This document shows positions 8,362 to 17,704 of a stretch of 28,611 bases of DNA, in pieces. Each line of letters opens with the position of its first letter. Within the stretch, counting starts at the first letter, position 1. The notes under the pieces are model-generated. The model worked only from the letters and a program-made list of their open reading frames with translations. It searched no databases and was not told where the DNA came from. A program made the position numbers and the translations under genes. The DNA is from an uncultured Clostridia bacterium (lineage in GTDB: Bacteria; Bacillota; Clostridia; Oscillospirales; Acutalibacteraceae): the NCBI GenBank assembly GCA_946535695.1, contig CAMNDS010000001.1, forward strand, positions 1 to 28,611. The letters run 5' to 3'.

Positions 8362-8453
8362 TCTCCGAATTTTTCCAAAGTCTGCGAAATTTTTCAAACC
8401 GAGCAAAAGTACGTTGGACAACCCAACGCTATATCACAAACTGAGAATTTTTT
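8362..8453 (-). mobile_element. Decayed IS5-family relic, copy 2
   Basis: Reverse complement reads RWVVQRTFARFEKFRRLWKN; core 8368-8430 is 58/63 identical to 283-345. Confidence 0.85.
8405..8429 (-). terminator. Putative intrinsic terminator of pnp inside IS relic 2
   Basis: Minus strand (G)CGTTGG-GTTGT-CCAACG(T) stem followed by ACTTTT, about 25 nt after the pnp stop. Confidence 0.4.
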
Positions 8454-10529
8454 TCACTTAAATTTTCGTAAATCAATTCGACCCCTGTCATCGATATTTA
8501 TAACCTGAAAAGTAGCAACATCACCAACATTTAAGATATCGGTTACTCGCTCAACTCTTCGATCTGAAAGTTTAGAAATATGGCACATAGCTTCCTTACC
8601 AGGCGCAATTTCGGCAAAAATACCAAAATTTGTTACACGCGTAATCTTGCCTATAACGATATCTCCTATAGATATGTCTTTTACGACAGTTTTAATATAA
8701 TCAAGCGCTAATCTGCAGTTTTCTATATTTTTGGACGAAACAAAAACTTTTCCATCTTCTTCAATGTTAACATCAACGTCAAAATCCGAGCATATTTTCT
8801 GAACGATTTTTCCGCCTGCTCCTATTATATCTCGTATCCTATCATTAGGTACTTCGATGCTTAGTATTTTAGGTGCAACATCGGCAACATTTTCACGTGG
8901 TTTAGAAAGTGTTTTTAATATACATTCTTTCAAAATTTTTAATCTGGCTTTTTTTGTAACTTCAAATGCTTCTTTTACAATTTCTGGTAATAGACCATCA
9001 ATTTTAACGTCAACCTGAATTGCAGTTATGCCATTTTTTGTTCCGGCAACTTTAAAGTCCATATCACCATAAAAATCTTCTATACCTTGAATATCCACAA
9101 ATGTTTTCCAATCATTGCCTGATGTTACCAAACCACATGATATTCCGGCAACCGGCTCTTTGATTGGTACTCCAGCGTCCATAAGTGCAAGCGTAGAGGC
9201 ACAGACCGAAGCCTGCGAAGTTGAACCATTCGAAGAAAGAACCTCCGACACTAATCTTATTGTGTATGGGAACTCAGAAGTTGAGGGAATAACAGGCTTT
9301 AAGGCTCTTTCGGCAAGCGCGCCATGTCCTACCTCACGCCTACCGGGGGCTCTAACGGGACGCGCTTCTCCAACAGAATAAGCTGGAAAATTATAATGAT
9401 GTATATAATATTTTTTTTCTAAATTTGATATTCCGTCAATCATTTGATATTCGTTAAGAGGCGCTAAAGTTACCACTGTTAAAACCTGAGTTTTTCCCCT
9501 GGTAAAAAGCGCAGAGCCGTGAACTTTAGGCAGCAGTGCTACTTCGGCGCTCAGCGGTCTGATTTCATCTAATTTTCGGCCATCAACGCGTTTATTAAAA
9601 TTAAAAATCCATTCACGAACCACGGATTTTTGTATCTCAGGAATCCACGAATTAATAAAATTTACAGCATCCGGATAATCAGGCAACAATTTATTCAATA
9701 ATTCTTCTTTAATTTTTGAAATTTGCAACTCACGATCAAATTTTTCGGTTATACCAAAAGTATCTGCAATTTTTTCTTTAGATAACTCAAAAACTTTATT
9801 TTTAAGTTCGATGTTTTCGCAATTTTCATTTATTCTTATCTTAATTTTACCTACTTTACATACAATTTGTGAAATAAAACCAATGATTTTTTTATTTATT
9901 TCATGAGCACTCATAATGCAATCAAGCATTAAATCATCGTTAACTTGGTTTGCACCGGCTTCAATCATCAGAATTTTTTCGATTGTCGAAGAAACAGTTA
10001 AATTCAAGTCAGACTCATTATTAACTTGAACCTCACTTGGATTAACTGCGATTTTATTTTTGATAAGTCCGATAACCGTTGAAGCAACTGGACCATTCCA
10101 AGGAATATCCGAAATCGAAAGAGCAATCGATGCACCAATTATCGAAGCTACTTCCGGAGAATGATTTTCTGATACAGAAAGAGCTGTGCATACTACCGCA
10201 ACATCGTTTTTCATATTTTTAGGGAAAAGTGGCCTTATAGAGCGGTCTATCAATCTCGAAATTAAAATTGCTTTTTCCGAAGGTTTCCCTTCGCGTTTTG
10301 AAAAAGAGCCCGGAATTTTACCTACTGAATAAAGTTTTTCCTCAAAATCAACCACAAGAGGGAAAAAGTCCATTCCCTCTTTAGGCTTATCGGACATAGT
10401 GACCGTCGTCAAAATTACGGTTTCGCCGAGTCTTACTAAGCAAGAACCATTTGCAAGCAGTGCCATTTTGCCTATTTCAACTTCTAGTGGCTCACCTAAA
10501 ATTTCGGTTTTAAAAATATTTAGCGCCAA
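8454..10529 (-). CDS. pnp: Polyribonucleotide nucleotidyltransferase (PNPase)
   Basis: SRLIDRSIRPLFP, RVDGR, HGSALFTRG, RREVGHGALAERA, SNGSTSQAS, DMDFKVAGT; KH and S1 domains; TTG start 2 nt after the rpsO stop. Confidence 0.98.
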   Translation of the reverse strand: MALNIFKTEILGEPLEVEIGKMALLANGSCLVRLGETVILTTVTMSDKPKEGMDFFPLVVDFEEKLYSVGKIPGSFSKREGKPSEKAILISRLIDRSIRPLFPKNMKNDVAVVCTALSVSENHSPEVASIIGASIALSISDIPWNGPVASTVIGLIKNKIAVNPSEVQVNNESDLNLTVSSTIEKILMIEAGANQVNDDLMLDCIMSAHEINKKIIGFISQIVCKVGKIKIRINENCENIELKNKVFELSKEKIADTFGITEKFDRELQISKIKEELLNKLLPDYPDAVNFINSWIPEIQKSVVREWIFNFNKRVDGRKLDEIRPLSAEVALLPKVHGSALFTRGKTQVLTVVTLAPLNEYQMIDGISNLEKKYYIHHYNFPAYSVGEARPVRAPGRREVGHGALAERALKPVIPSTSEFPYTIRLVSEVLSSNGSTSQASVCASTLALMDAGVPIKEPVAGISCGLVTSGNDWKTFVDIQGIEDFYGDMDFKVAGTKNGITAIQVDVKIDGLLPEIVKEAFEVTKKARLKILKECILKTLSKPRENVADVAPKILSIEVPNDRIRDIIGAGGKIVQKICSDFDVDVNIEEDGKVFVSSKNIENCRLALDYIKTVVKDISIGDIVIGKITRVTNFGIFAEIAPGKEAMCHISKLSDRRVERVTDILNVGDVATFQVINIDDRGRIDLRKFK

Positions 10530-10531
10530 AT

Positions 10532-10813
10532 TTAACCTCTTGCCACTATCGATCTTATCCCAAGTTTAGCAATCAACGCCACATATCTATCGGAATTAGA
10601 ACGAAACAAATATTTTAAAAGTCTACGCCTCTTATTAATCATTATAAAAAGACCACGGCGCGAATGATGATCTTTATCATGGATTTTCAAATGATCTGTT
10701 AACTTTGCGATTCTGTTAGTAATTAATGCAACTTGCACTTCGGTAGAACCAGTATCTTTTTCATGCCTTGCGTTCTCTTTGATAATTTGCGACTTTTCCA
10801 ATTTTTTCCCCAT
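10532..10813 (-). CDS. rpsO: 30S ribosomal protein S15
   Basis: [33 protein letters not shown]. Confidence 0.97.
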   Translation of the reverse strand: MGKKLEKSQIIKENARHEKDTGSTEVQVALITNRIAKLTDHLKIHDKDHHSRRGLFIMINKRRRLLKYLFRSNSDRYVALIAKLGIRSIVARG

Positions 10814-10847
10814 TTAAACCCCTCCAACAATTTATGTGAATGATATT

Positions 10848-12950
10848 TTACATCCAATTTGACAATAAAGCAACCCCTAAAAACACAATTGCGACCATAG
10901 AAGTAAGTTTTATCAAAATGTTTATCGATGGCCCAGAAGTATCTTTAAAAGGATCGCCCACGGTGTCGCCAACAACCGCAGCCTTATGCGAGCTCGAGCC
11001 CTTGCCGCCAAAATTTCCGGCTTCGATATGTTTCTTCGCGTTATCCCAAGCACCGCCTGCGTTTGACATCATGGTTGAAAGAACAAAACCACAAACGGTA
11101 ACTCCCGCCAAAAGCCCTGCTGTACCAGGGACTCCTAAAGTTGCACTGACTAAAATCGGTGTTGCAATAGAAATCGCAGCAGGTATAAGCATAAGTCTCA
11201 CGGATTCGCCCGTGCAAATTGATACGCAAGAAGAATAATCAGGCTTTGCCTTGCCTTCCATAAGGCCTTTAATACTTTGAAATTGCCTTCTGACTTCATG
11301 AACTATACTCATTGCAGCTTTTCCGACGGCTTCCATAGTATACGCCGAAAACAAAAACGGAAGCATTGCGCCAATAAATAATCCGATAAGAACCGGAGGA
11401 TTTGTAACACTCAAATTAAGTTTTAAATTCGGTGCAAATACTTTAGCCTCAGAAATATAAGCAGCAATTAAGGTAAGAGAAGTAAGTGCCGCAGAACCTA
11501 TTGCAAATCCTTTTCCTGTTGCAGCGGTAGTGTTACCCAAAGCATCGAGGGCATCGGTTCTATTGCGAATATTTTCGCCTAACCCTGACATCTCGGCAAT
11601 ACCACCGGCATTATCGGCAATCGGGCCGTAAGCATCCGTTGCAAGTGTTATTCCAAGCGTTGAAAGCATGCCAACTGCAGCAATTCCTACTCCATAAAGA
11701 CCTCTGCTAAACCCCAAAGCAGTGCTTGTGGTTCCCCCACACACAAAAAAACTCCATAAAACCGCAACTCCAATAATAACGCATGGTGCCAGTGTTGAAA
11801 ACATGCCCAAAGATAAACCTGCAATTATAACCGTCCCTGATCCGGTTTCAGAAGATTTGGCAAGTTTTTTCGTCGGTTTATATGTATCGGAAGTAAAAAA
11901 CTCCGTGGTAAAACCGATTAAAATCCCAGCAATCAAGCCAACTGAAAGCGATACAAACAATTTTTCGCATTGTGGGAAAAATTTTTCAATAATGTAGTAA
12001 GAACCCAATAACATTAAAATCGAACTTATCTGTGTGCCTCTGCGCAAAGAATTAAGCAGTGATTTTTGGTCAGCATTTTCGTGAGTTTTAACAAAAAAAG
12101 TACCAACCATCGAGACTATAACTCCAAGCGCCGATAAAATCATCGGTAAAATCACGCCGTCCATGCCGAACCCGGCGCCAATCGAGAGTGCTGCAGTCGA
12201 AATCATGGCACCGACAAACGATTCATACAAATCAGCGCCCATTCCGGCGACATCACCTACATTGTCACCAACATTATCTGCAATAACAGCGGGGTTCCGG
12301 GGGTCATCCTCCGGGATTCCGACTTCAACTTTACCAACCAAATCTGCACCAACATCGGCAGCTTTTGTAAAAATTCCTCCACCGACGCGCGCAAAAAGCG
12401 ACATGCACGCAACACCCATTCCAAACGTTAACATATTCGAAACAATATTTTGAACTAATTCCGTACCAACAATTTCAGCTCTTGAATACCAAAATTTTAA
12501 AAACCAAAACCAAAGTGATATTCCCAAAAGACCGAATCCGACGATTACAAATGAAATCACACTTCCGGCTGAAAATGCGACTTTAAGCCCTTCATTCAAT
12601 CCTTTTTGGGCTGCTGAAACAGTTCGCACGTTTGCCATGGTAGCTGTTCGCATTCCGATAAACCCCGAAAGTGCTGAAAAAAATCCACCTAAAATAAAAA
12701 CGTAAGGTACTAACTTTCCAACTATTCCAAAAAATGAACAAATTAATAACGCCACAAAAATTGCCGCAAAAAATATTGATACACTTTGATATTGCCGTTT
12801 AAGATACGCTGTGGCTCCGATGCGTATGGCGTCAGAAATTTCTTTGGCTCTTGCGTTGTCAATCGGATAATTTTTAATTTTTATATATTTAAAAACTGCA
12901 AACGCCAAAGATACTAAAGATACTAAAAAAACAAGTAAAACAACATCCAC
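10848..12950 (-). CDS. hppA: Membrane-bound K+-dependent ion-pumping pyrophosphatase (probably Na+-translocating)
   Basis: GGIFTKAADVGADLVGKVE, PEDDPRNP, DNVGDNVGD, DAYGPIADNAGG, GNTTAA (Ala = K+-dependent), GGAWDNAKK, GDTVGDPFKDTSGP; many TM helices. Confidence 0.96.
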   Translation of the reverse strand: MDVVLLVFLVSLVSLAFAVFKYIKIKNYPIDNARAKEISDAIRIGATAYLKRQYQSVSIFFAAIFVALLICSFFGIVGKLVPYVFILGGFFSALSGFIGMRTATMANVRTVSAAQKGLNEGLKVAFSAGSVISFVIVGFGLLGISLWFWFLKFWYSRAEIVGTELVQNIVSNMLTFGMGVACMSLFARVGGGIFTKAADVGADLVGKVEVGIPEDDPRNPAVIADNVGDNVGDVAGMGADLYESFVGAMISTAALSIGAGFGMDGVILPMILSALGVIVSMVGTFFVKTHENADQKSLLNSLRRGTQISSILMLLGSYYIIEKFFPQCEKLFVSLSVGLIAGILIGFTTEFFTSDTYKPTKKLAKSSETGSGTVIIAGLSLGMFSTLAPCVIIGVAVLWSFFVCGGTTSTALGFSRGLYGVGIAAVGMLSTLGITLATDAYGPIADNAGGIAEMSGLGENIRNRTDALDALGNTTAATGKGFAIGSAALTSLTLIAAYISEAKVFAPNLKLNLSVTNPPVLIGLFIGAMLPFLFSAYTMEAVGKAAMSIVHEVRRQFQSIKGLMEGKAKPDYSSCVSICTGESVRLMLIPAAISIATPILVSATLGVPGTAGLLAGVTVCGFVLSTMMSNAGGAWDNAKKHIEAGNFGGKGSSSHKAAVVGDTVGDPFKDTSGPSINILIKLTSMVAIVFLGVALLSNWM

Positions 12951-13008
12951 AAAAACCCTCCAAGTTTTCGCATTTTTAAAATTTTCACATAATTTTTATT
13001 CAAATAAA

Positions 13009-13356
13009 TCAAACCACCAATTCTACAACTGCCATTTCAGCTGCATCGCCGCGTCTGGGGCCGAGTTTGATGACTCGAGTAAATCCGCCGTTTCTGCTAG
13101 CAAATTTTGGTCGTAAATCCGTTAGAACCTTTTGAGTTAAATCTTCGCCCAAAAACGCAAACATTCTCCTTTTTGTGCTTAGTGTTGGAATCTCGTCTCG
13201 TTTAGCAAGCGAAAAATATTTCCCGACAAAAAATTCAAGTTCTTTGGCCTTAAAGTAAGTTGTTTTAATTTTACCGTAAGTTATCAATGATTTAACTAAA
13301 TTTTTAAGCATTGCAATGCGGTGAGAAGTAACTCTGCCTAATTTTCTAGCACACAT
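13009..13356 (-). CDS. rplQ: 50S ribosomal protein L17
   Basis: RKLGRVTSHRIAMLKNL, GGFTRVIKLGPRRGDAAEMA. Confidence 0.97.
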   Translation of the reverse strand: MCARKLGRVTSHRIAMLKNLVKSLITYGKIKTTYFKAKELEFFVGKYFSLAKRDEIPTLSTKRRMFAFLGEDLTQKVLTDLRPKFASRNGGFTRVIKLGPRRGDAAEMAVVELVV

Positions 13357-13368
13357 ATTAACTACCTC

Positions 13369-14397
13369 CTAATTTTGCATTTCGTTGTCATTATTGTTAT
13401 CGTCACTGTTGTTATCTTCATTGCTGTTATCTTCGTCATTCTCTTCTTCCGGAGCTTTAGCCTTTCTTCTACTTTGTTTATCATTCTTCCAGCCGAATTC
13501 TTTGAGTTTTGAAACTATTTCATCGCACGATTTTTTCCCCAAGTTTCTTATACCGGTTATTTCATCATATTTCATGACTAAAATTTGACTCAATTTTTCA
13601 ATGCCTACCCTTTTGAGCGCATTAAAAGTCCTAGCTGAAAATCCCAAGTCATCAAGTGCCAAATCGCCCGATAAATTTTTAAATTCACTGCCGCCCAAAG
13701 ACATTTTAAGACCGCTTCCAAGTTCTAAAAAAAGCGCAAAATGTTCCATCAAATTATTAGAAGCAAACGCAACGGCTTCTTGCGCCGAAATTATACCGTT
13801 TGTCCACACTTGAACGGTGAGCTTATCATAATCAGTAATTTGCCCAACACGAGTATTCTCTATGGTATAATTTACTTTGGTAACCGGAGAATACAACGAA
13901 TCAACGGGGATTATGTTCACAACCGATGGCATAATATTCCTGTTTTGTTCTGCCGAAACGTAACCGACGCCGGATGTGAAAGTGATTTCCATCTTAAGTT
14001 GCGCGCCCTCATCCAAACTTGCAATAAGATTATTGCTCAAAACACTTAAATCAGAATCCGATTCAATCATGTCGGCTGTAAACTCGCACGGACCTTTTAA
14101 GTTAACATAAACAGTTTTTGATTCGCATCCTTCAAGACGAACTATTATATCTTTAACGTTAAGAACAATTTCAGTCACGTCTTCGTGAATTCCCGGTATT
14201 GTGGAAAATTCGTGAGTAACACCATCGATTTTTATTGAACTCGCCGCTGAACCCGGCAAAGATGACAAAAGCACACGTCTTAAACTGTTCCCCAAGGTTA
14301 CACCAAAACCGCGTTCCAACGGATTTACAACAAATTCAGCATATTTGCCGTCATCCGAGGCATTTTTTACAATTACTTTTTCTAATTCCAAATCCAA
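13369..14397 (-). CDS. rpoA: RNA polymerase alpha subunit with an acidic low-complexity tail
   Basis: PLERGFGVTLGNSLRRVLLSSLPG, HEFSTIPG, DSLYSPV, RVGQITDYDKL; alpha-CTD RNLGKKS. Confidence 0.98.
   Translation of the reverse strand: MDLELEKVIVKNASDDGKYAEFVVNPLERGFGVTLGNSLRRVLLSSLPGSAASSIKIDGVTHEFSTIPGIHEDVTEIVLNVKDIIVRLEGCESKTVYVNLKGPCEFTADMIESDSDLSVLSNNLIASLDEGAQLKMEITFTSGVGYVSAEQNRNIMPSVVNIIPVDSLYSPVTKVNYTIENTRVGQITDYDKLTVQVWTNGIISAQEAVAFASNNLMEHFALFLELGSGLKMSLGGSEFKNLSGDLALDDLGFSARTFNALKRVGIEKLSQILVMKYDEITGIRNLGKKSCDEIVSKLKEFGWKNDKQSRRKAKAPEEENDEDNSNEDNNSDDNNNDNEMQN
13387..13431. repeat. Three degenerate 15-bp tandem units in the rpoA 3' end
   Basis: GTCATTATTGTTATC / GTCACTGTTGTTATC / TTCATTGCTGTTATC, encoding DNSNE-DNNSD-DNNND. 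Confidence 0.8.
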
Positions 14398-14415
14398 ACT
14401 CCTCCTATGTTCAAA

Positions 14416-15036
14416 TTACTTCGAATATAATTCTACTATCAATGTTTCTGAAACTTCCAAATCGATATCATCTCGTCTGGGAATAGCAGAAACTTTGGCC
14501 TCAAAATGTTCTTGGTTAGAAAACTCAAGCCATTTTGGAAGATTTTTGGACGAATTATCGGCTATAACCGACTTTAAAATTTCTTTTTTCTTTCCTTGAT
14601 CAGAAACTGAAACAACATCCCCCGGATCGACCAAATATGAAGAAATATTCACCGGATGCCCATTAACACAAAAACTTCTGTGAATCGTAAACTGTTTAGC
14701 TTGTTCCCTAGAAACCGCCCATCCTAAACGATAAACAACGTTATCTAAACGCCGCTCAAGAAAAGAAAGCATGTTTTCGCCCGTTTTGCCCTCTTTTATT
14801 TTAAGCGCCATATCATAATACTTCCTGAACTGTTTTTCCCTGACGCCATAATATCTTTTCGTCCTTTGTTTGGCTCTTAACTGAATCCCGTATTCTGAAG
14901 ATTTCTTTTTCAATTGTCCATGCTGCCCCGGGGTGCTTTGTCTCCTAGAAATTGAGCACTTATCCGAAAAACATCTTGAACCTTTTAAAAATAATTTTTG
15001 GCCTTCGGCTCTACATAATTTACATCTTTTTTCCAC
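14416..15036 (-). CDS. rpsD: 30S ribosomal protein S4
   Basis: CKLCRAEG, PGQHG, SEYGIQLRAKQR, LERRLDNVVYRLG, LIVELYSK. Confidence 0.97.
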   Translation of the reverse strand: MEKRCKLCRAEGQKLFLKGSRCFSDKCSISRRQSTPGQHGQLKKKSSEYGIQLRAKQRTKRYYGVREKQFRKYYDMALKIKEGKTGENMLSFLERRLDNVVYRLGWAVSREQAKQFTIHRSFCVNGHPVNISSYLVDPGDVVSVSDQGKKKEILKSVIADNSSKNLPKWLEFSNQEHFEAKVSAIPRRDDIDLEVSETLIVELYSK

Positions 15037-15061
15037 AAAAATTCCTCACTTTACTAAAAAT

Positions 15062-15454
15062 TTAAACACGGCGTCTTTTAGGTGGTCTGCACCCATTGTG
15101 CGGAATTGGGGTGACATCTTTAATCAAAGTAATCTCAAGCCCCACAGCCTGTAAAGCTCTTATTGCAGATTCCCTGCCTGATCCAGGCCCTTTTACATAT
15201 ACCTCAACTGACCTGATACCGTGCTCCATAGCCCCCCTGGCTGCAGCTTCGGCTGTAGATTGTGCCGCAAACGGTGTGGATTTTTTGGAACCCTTAAATC
15301 CAAGCGACCCGGCACTGCTCCAAGTAACAGCATTGCCTGCAGTATCAGATATTGTAACAATTGTATTGTTAAAAGTTGCCTGAATGTGTGCAGTACCTCT
15401 TTCGATATTTTTGCGCTGACCTTTTCGAATTACTTTTCGTCTTTCGTTAGCCAT
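15062..15454 (-). CDS. rpsK: 30S ribosomal protein S11
   Basis: [43 protein letters not shown]. Confidence 0.98.
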   Translation of the reverse strand: MANERRKVIRKGQRKNIERGTAHIQATFNNTIVTISDTAGNAVTWSSAGSLGFKGSKKSTPFAAQSTAEAAARGAMEHGIRSVEVYVKGPGSGRESAIRALQAVGLEITLIKDVTPIPHNGCRPPKRRRV

Positions 15455-15478
15455 AAAATAAAATTCTCCTCTTTAAAT

Positions 15479-15859
15479 TTACTTTTTCTCTTTTTTCTTA
15501 CCTGCTATGGTCTTGCACGGACCTTTTCTTGTTCTTGCGTTTGTTTTCGTGCGTTGACCCCTCACGGGTAACCCTTTAAGATGCCTGATCCCTCGATAAC
15601 ATTTTATGTCGGTCAGCCTTTTAATATTGAGCGATACTATTCGCCTTAAATCCCCCTCAACGTGAACTTCAAGTTTAGCAATACTTTCCGAGATATCTCT
15701 TGTTTCATCGTCGGTTAAATCTTTAACTCTCTTATCAAAATCCACATTTGCTTTTTTTAAAATTTTTCTCGAAGTAGTAAGTCCAATGCCTTTGACATAA
15801 GTTAATCCAATTTCAATTCGTTTATCACGAGGAAGATCTACACCAGATATACGTGCCAT
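15479..15859 (-). CDS. rpsM: 30S ribosomal protein S13
   Basis: [36 protein letters not shown]. Confidence 0.98.
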   Translation of the reverse strand: MARISGVDLPRDKRIEIGLTYVKGIGLTTSRKILKKANVDFDKRVKDLTDDETRDISESIAKLEVHVEGDLRRIVSLNIKRLTDIKCYRGIRHLKGLPVRGQRTKTNARTRKGPCKTIAGKKKEKK

Positions 15860-15880
15860 TTTAAGCCTCCTTAATTAAAT

Positions 15881-15994
15881 TTAACCTTGCCTTTGTTTAT
15901 GCTTAGGATTTTCACAAATAACCATTATTCTGCCTTTTCGCTTGATTATTTTACATTTGTTGCAAATTTTTTTAACTGATGGTCTGACTTTCAT
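15881..15994 (-). CDS. rpmJ: 50S ribosomal protein L36 (Zn-ribbon form)
   Basis: Manual translation, below the ORF-track cutoff: [37 protein letters not shown]; AAGGAGG RBS. Confidence 0.97.
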   Translation of the reverse strand: MKVRPSVKKICNKCKIIKRKGRIMVICENPKHKQRQG

Positions 15995-16012
15995 ATCAAA
16001 TACCTCCTTTAA

Positions 16013-16252
16013 CTATTCAACAGGAGCTTCATTTGCAGATACTCTCCAAACAATACGTCCGCGAGTCAAATCATAAGGTGAAAATTCAACCTTAACTTTA
16101 TCTCCCGCAATAACTTTTATGGAATTACACCTGAGCTTGCCCGAAATTCTACAAACAACAATATGGTCATTAGGCAATTTCACTTTAAAAAAAGCACTGG
16201 GCAACGTTTCCACAACAATCCCATCCATCTCAATATTGTCAGATTTAGCCAT
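16013..16252 (-). CDS. infA: Translation initiation factor IF-1
   Basis: [36 protein letters not shown]. Confidence 0.96.
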   Translation of the reverse strand: MAKSDNIEMDGIVVETLPSAFFKVKLPNDHIVVCRISGKLRCNSIKVIAGDKVKVEFSPYDLTRGRIVWRVSANEAPVE

Positions 16253-16288
16253 TAATTAAAACTCCTTCTAAAAAATATAAAATAAAAT

Positions 16289-17059
16289 CTATACCAAAGT
16301 AAGAATAAAAGTGCCGTTTTCGGTTATAGCAACCGTGTGCTCAAAGTGCGCACAAAGCGACCTATCTTTGGTAACAACATTCCAGCCGCCGCTTTTCAAA
16401 GCCTCAAGCTCCGGTGCGCCAACGCTAACCATCGGCTCGATGGCAATAACCAAACCATCTTCGATAATAGGCCCTGAAAATTTTTTTCCATAATTCGGAA
16501 CGCTTGGCGCCTCGTGTACTGAGCGTCCGATTCCGTGCCCAACATAATTTTTAATCACCGAAAAACCGAACGACTCCACAAAACTTTGAATGCTATGCCC
16601 TATATCACCGATATGATTACCTACTTTAGCATTTTCAATCCCTTTTTGCAATGATTTTTCAGTTACATCCAACAAAGTTTTAGCATCTTCCGAAATTTCA
16701 CCACATGCAAAAGTTTTTGTATTATCACCATTAAACCCATTAATACAAGCTCCAACGTCTATGCTGACTATATCACCCTCTTTGATTATTTTGTCAACCG
16801 AAGGAATGCAGTGAATGAGCTCTTCGTTAACTGATATACAAGCAGTTGCCGGAAATCCGTCTTCCCCTAAAAACGAAGGTTTTGCACCGTTTGACTCAAT
16901 GCATTTTCTGGCGATATCATCTAATTCTTTGGTGCTGATTCCAGGTTCTATGGCTTTTCCTGCAGTTTTAAGGGCCAGTGCCGAAATTCTTCCGGCTTCG
17001 CGTATTATATCAATTTCTTCACGCGATTTCAACTTTATATTCAAATTTCGTTTAAGCAT
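16289..17059 (-). CDS. map: Methionine aminopeptidase type I
   Basis: CISVNE, GDIVSIDVG, VGHGIG, HEAP, IAIEPM, AHFEHTVAIT. Confidence 0.97.
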   Translation of the reverse strand: MLKRNLNIKLKSREEIDIIREAGRISALALKTAGKAIEPGISTKELDDIARKCIESNGAKPSFLGEDGFPATACISVNEELIHCIPSVDKIIKEGDIVSIDVGACINGFNGDNTKTFACGEISEDAKTLLDVTEKSLQKGIENAKVGNHIGDIGHSIQSFVESFGFSVIKNYVGHGIGRSVHEAPSVPNYGKKFSGPIIEDGLVIAIEPMVSVGAPELEALKSGGWNVVTKDRSLCAHFEHTVAITENGTFILTLV

Positions 17060-17694
17060 TAATTTTTCACCAAACTTAAAATCTCCGCCGAAGACTGCGA
17101 AATAGGTGCGCCGCCATCGACTGTTTTCAATATTTTTTTTGAAGAATAATAGTTGCGCAAAGGCAAAGTCTGTTCCTTATAAACTTTTAACCGCGTCCTG
17201 ATTGTTTCTTCGGTGTCATCTTTTCTTTGAATAAGCTCCGCACCGCAATTATCACAAATATTCTGAACTTTAGGTTTCATCTCGGTTGCGCTATTAAAAA
17301 CCGAACCGCACTTTGGGCAAACCAATCGGCTGAGCATCCTCTTGCATATCAAATCATCCTCAACATTAATATCGATAACTGTGTCAATTTCAATTCCCAT
17401 ATTTTCCAGAGCTTCGGCCTGAGTAACGGTTCTTGGAAAGCCGTCCAAAATATAGCCGTTCGAACAATCTGGATTTGAAAGCCTGGATTTTAACAGCTCG
17501 ATTACCAAATCATCCGGGACAAGTTTGCCGTTTTCTGTATAACTCTTTAATACTTCGGCTTTGTCTCCTCCGGATTTTAAAACACCTCTTATTATATCTC
17601 CGGTTGATATCGCGGGGATGCCGAGTTTTTTGGAAAGTAAGGCCGATTGCGTACCTTTGCCTGAACCCGGCGCTCCTAGAAAAATAATTTTCAT
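17059..17694 (-). CDS. adk: Adenylate kinase (Zn-lid type)
   Basis: GAPGSGKGTQ, GYILDGFPRT, lid CPKC...CDNC, QRKDD. Confidence 0.97.
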   Translation of the reverse strand: MKIIFLGAPGSGKGTQSALLSKKLGIPAISTGDIIRGVLKSGGDKAEVLKSYTENGKLVPDDLVIELLKSRLSNPDCSNGYILDGFPRTVTQAEALENMGIEIDTVIDINVEDDLICKRMLSRLVCPKCGSVFNSATEMKPKVQNICDNCGAELIQRKDDTEETIRTRLKVYKEQTLPLRNYYSSKKILKTVDGGAPISQSSAEILSLVKN

Positions 17695-17704
17695 AATATT
17701 CCCC

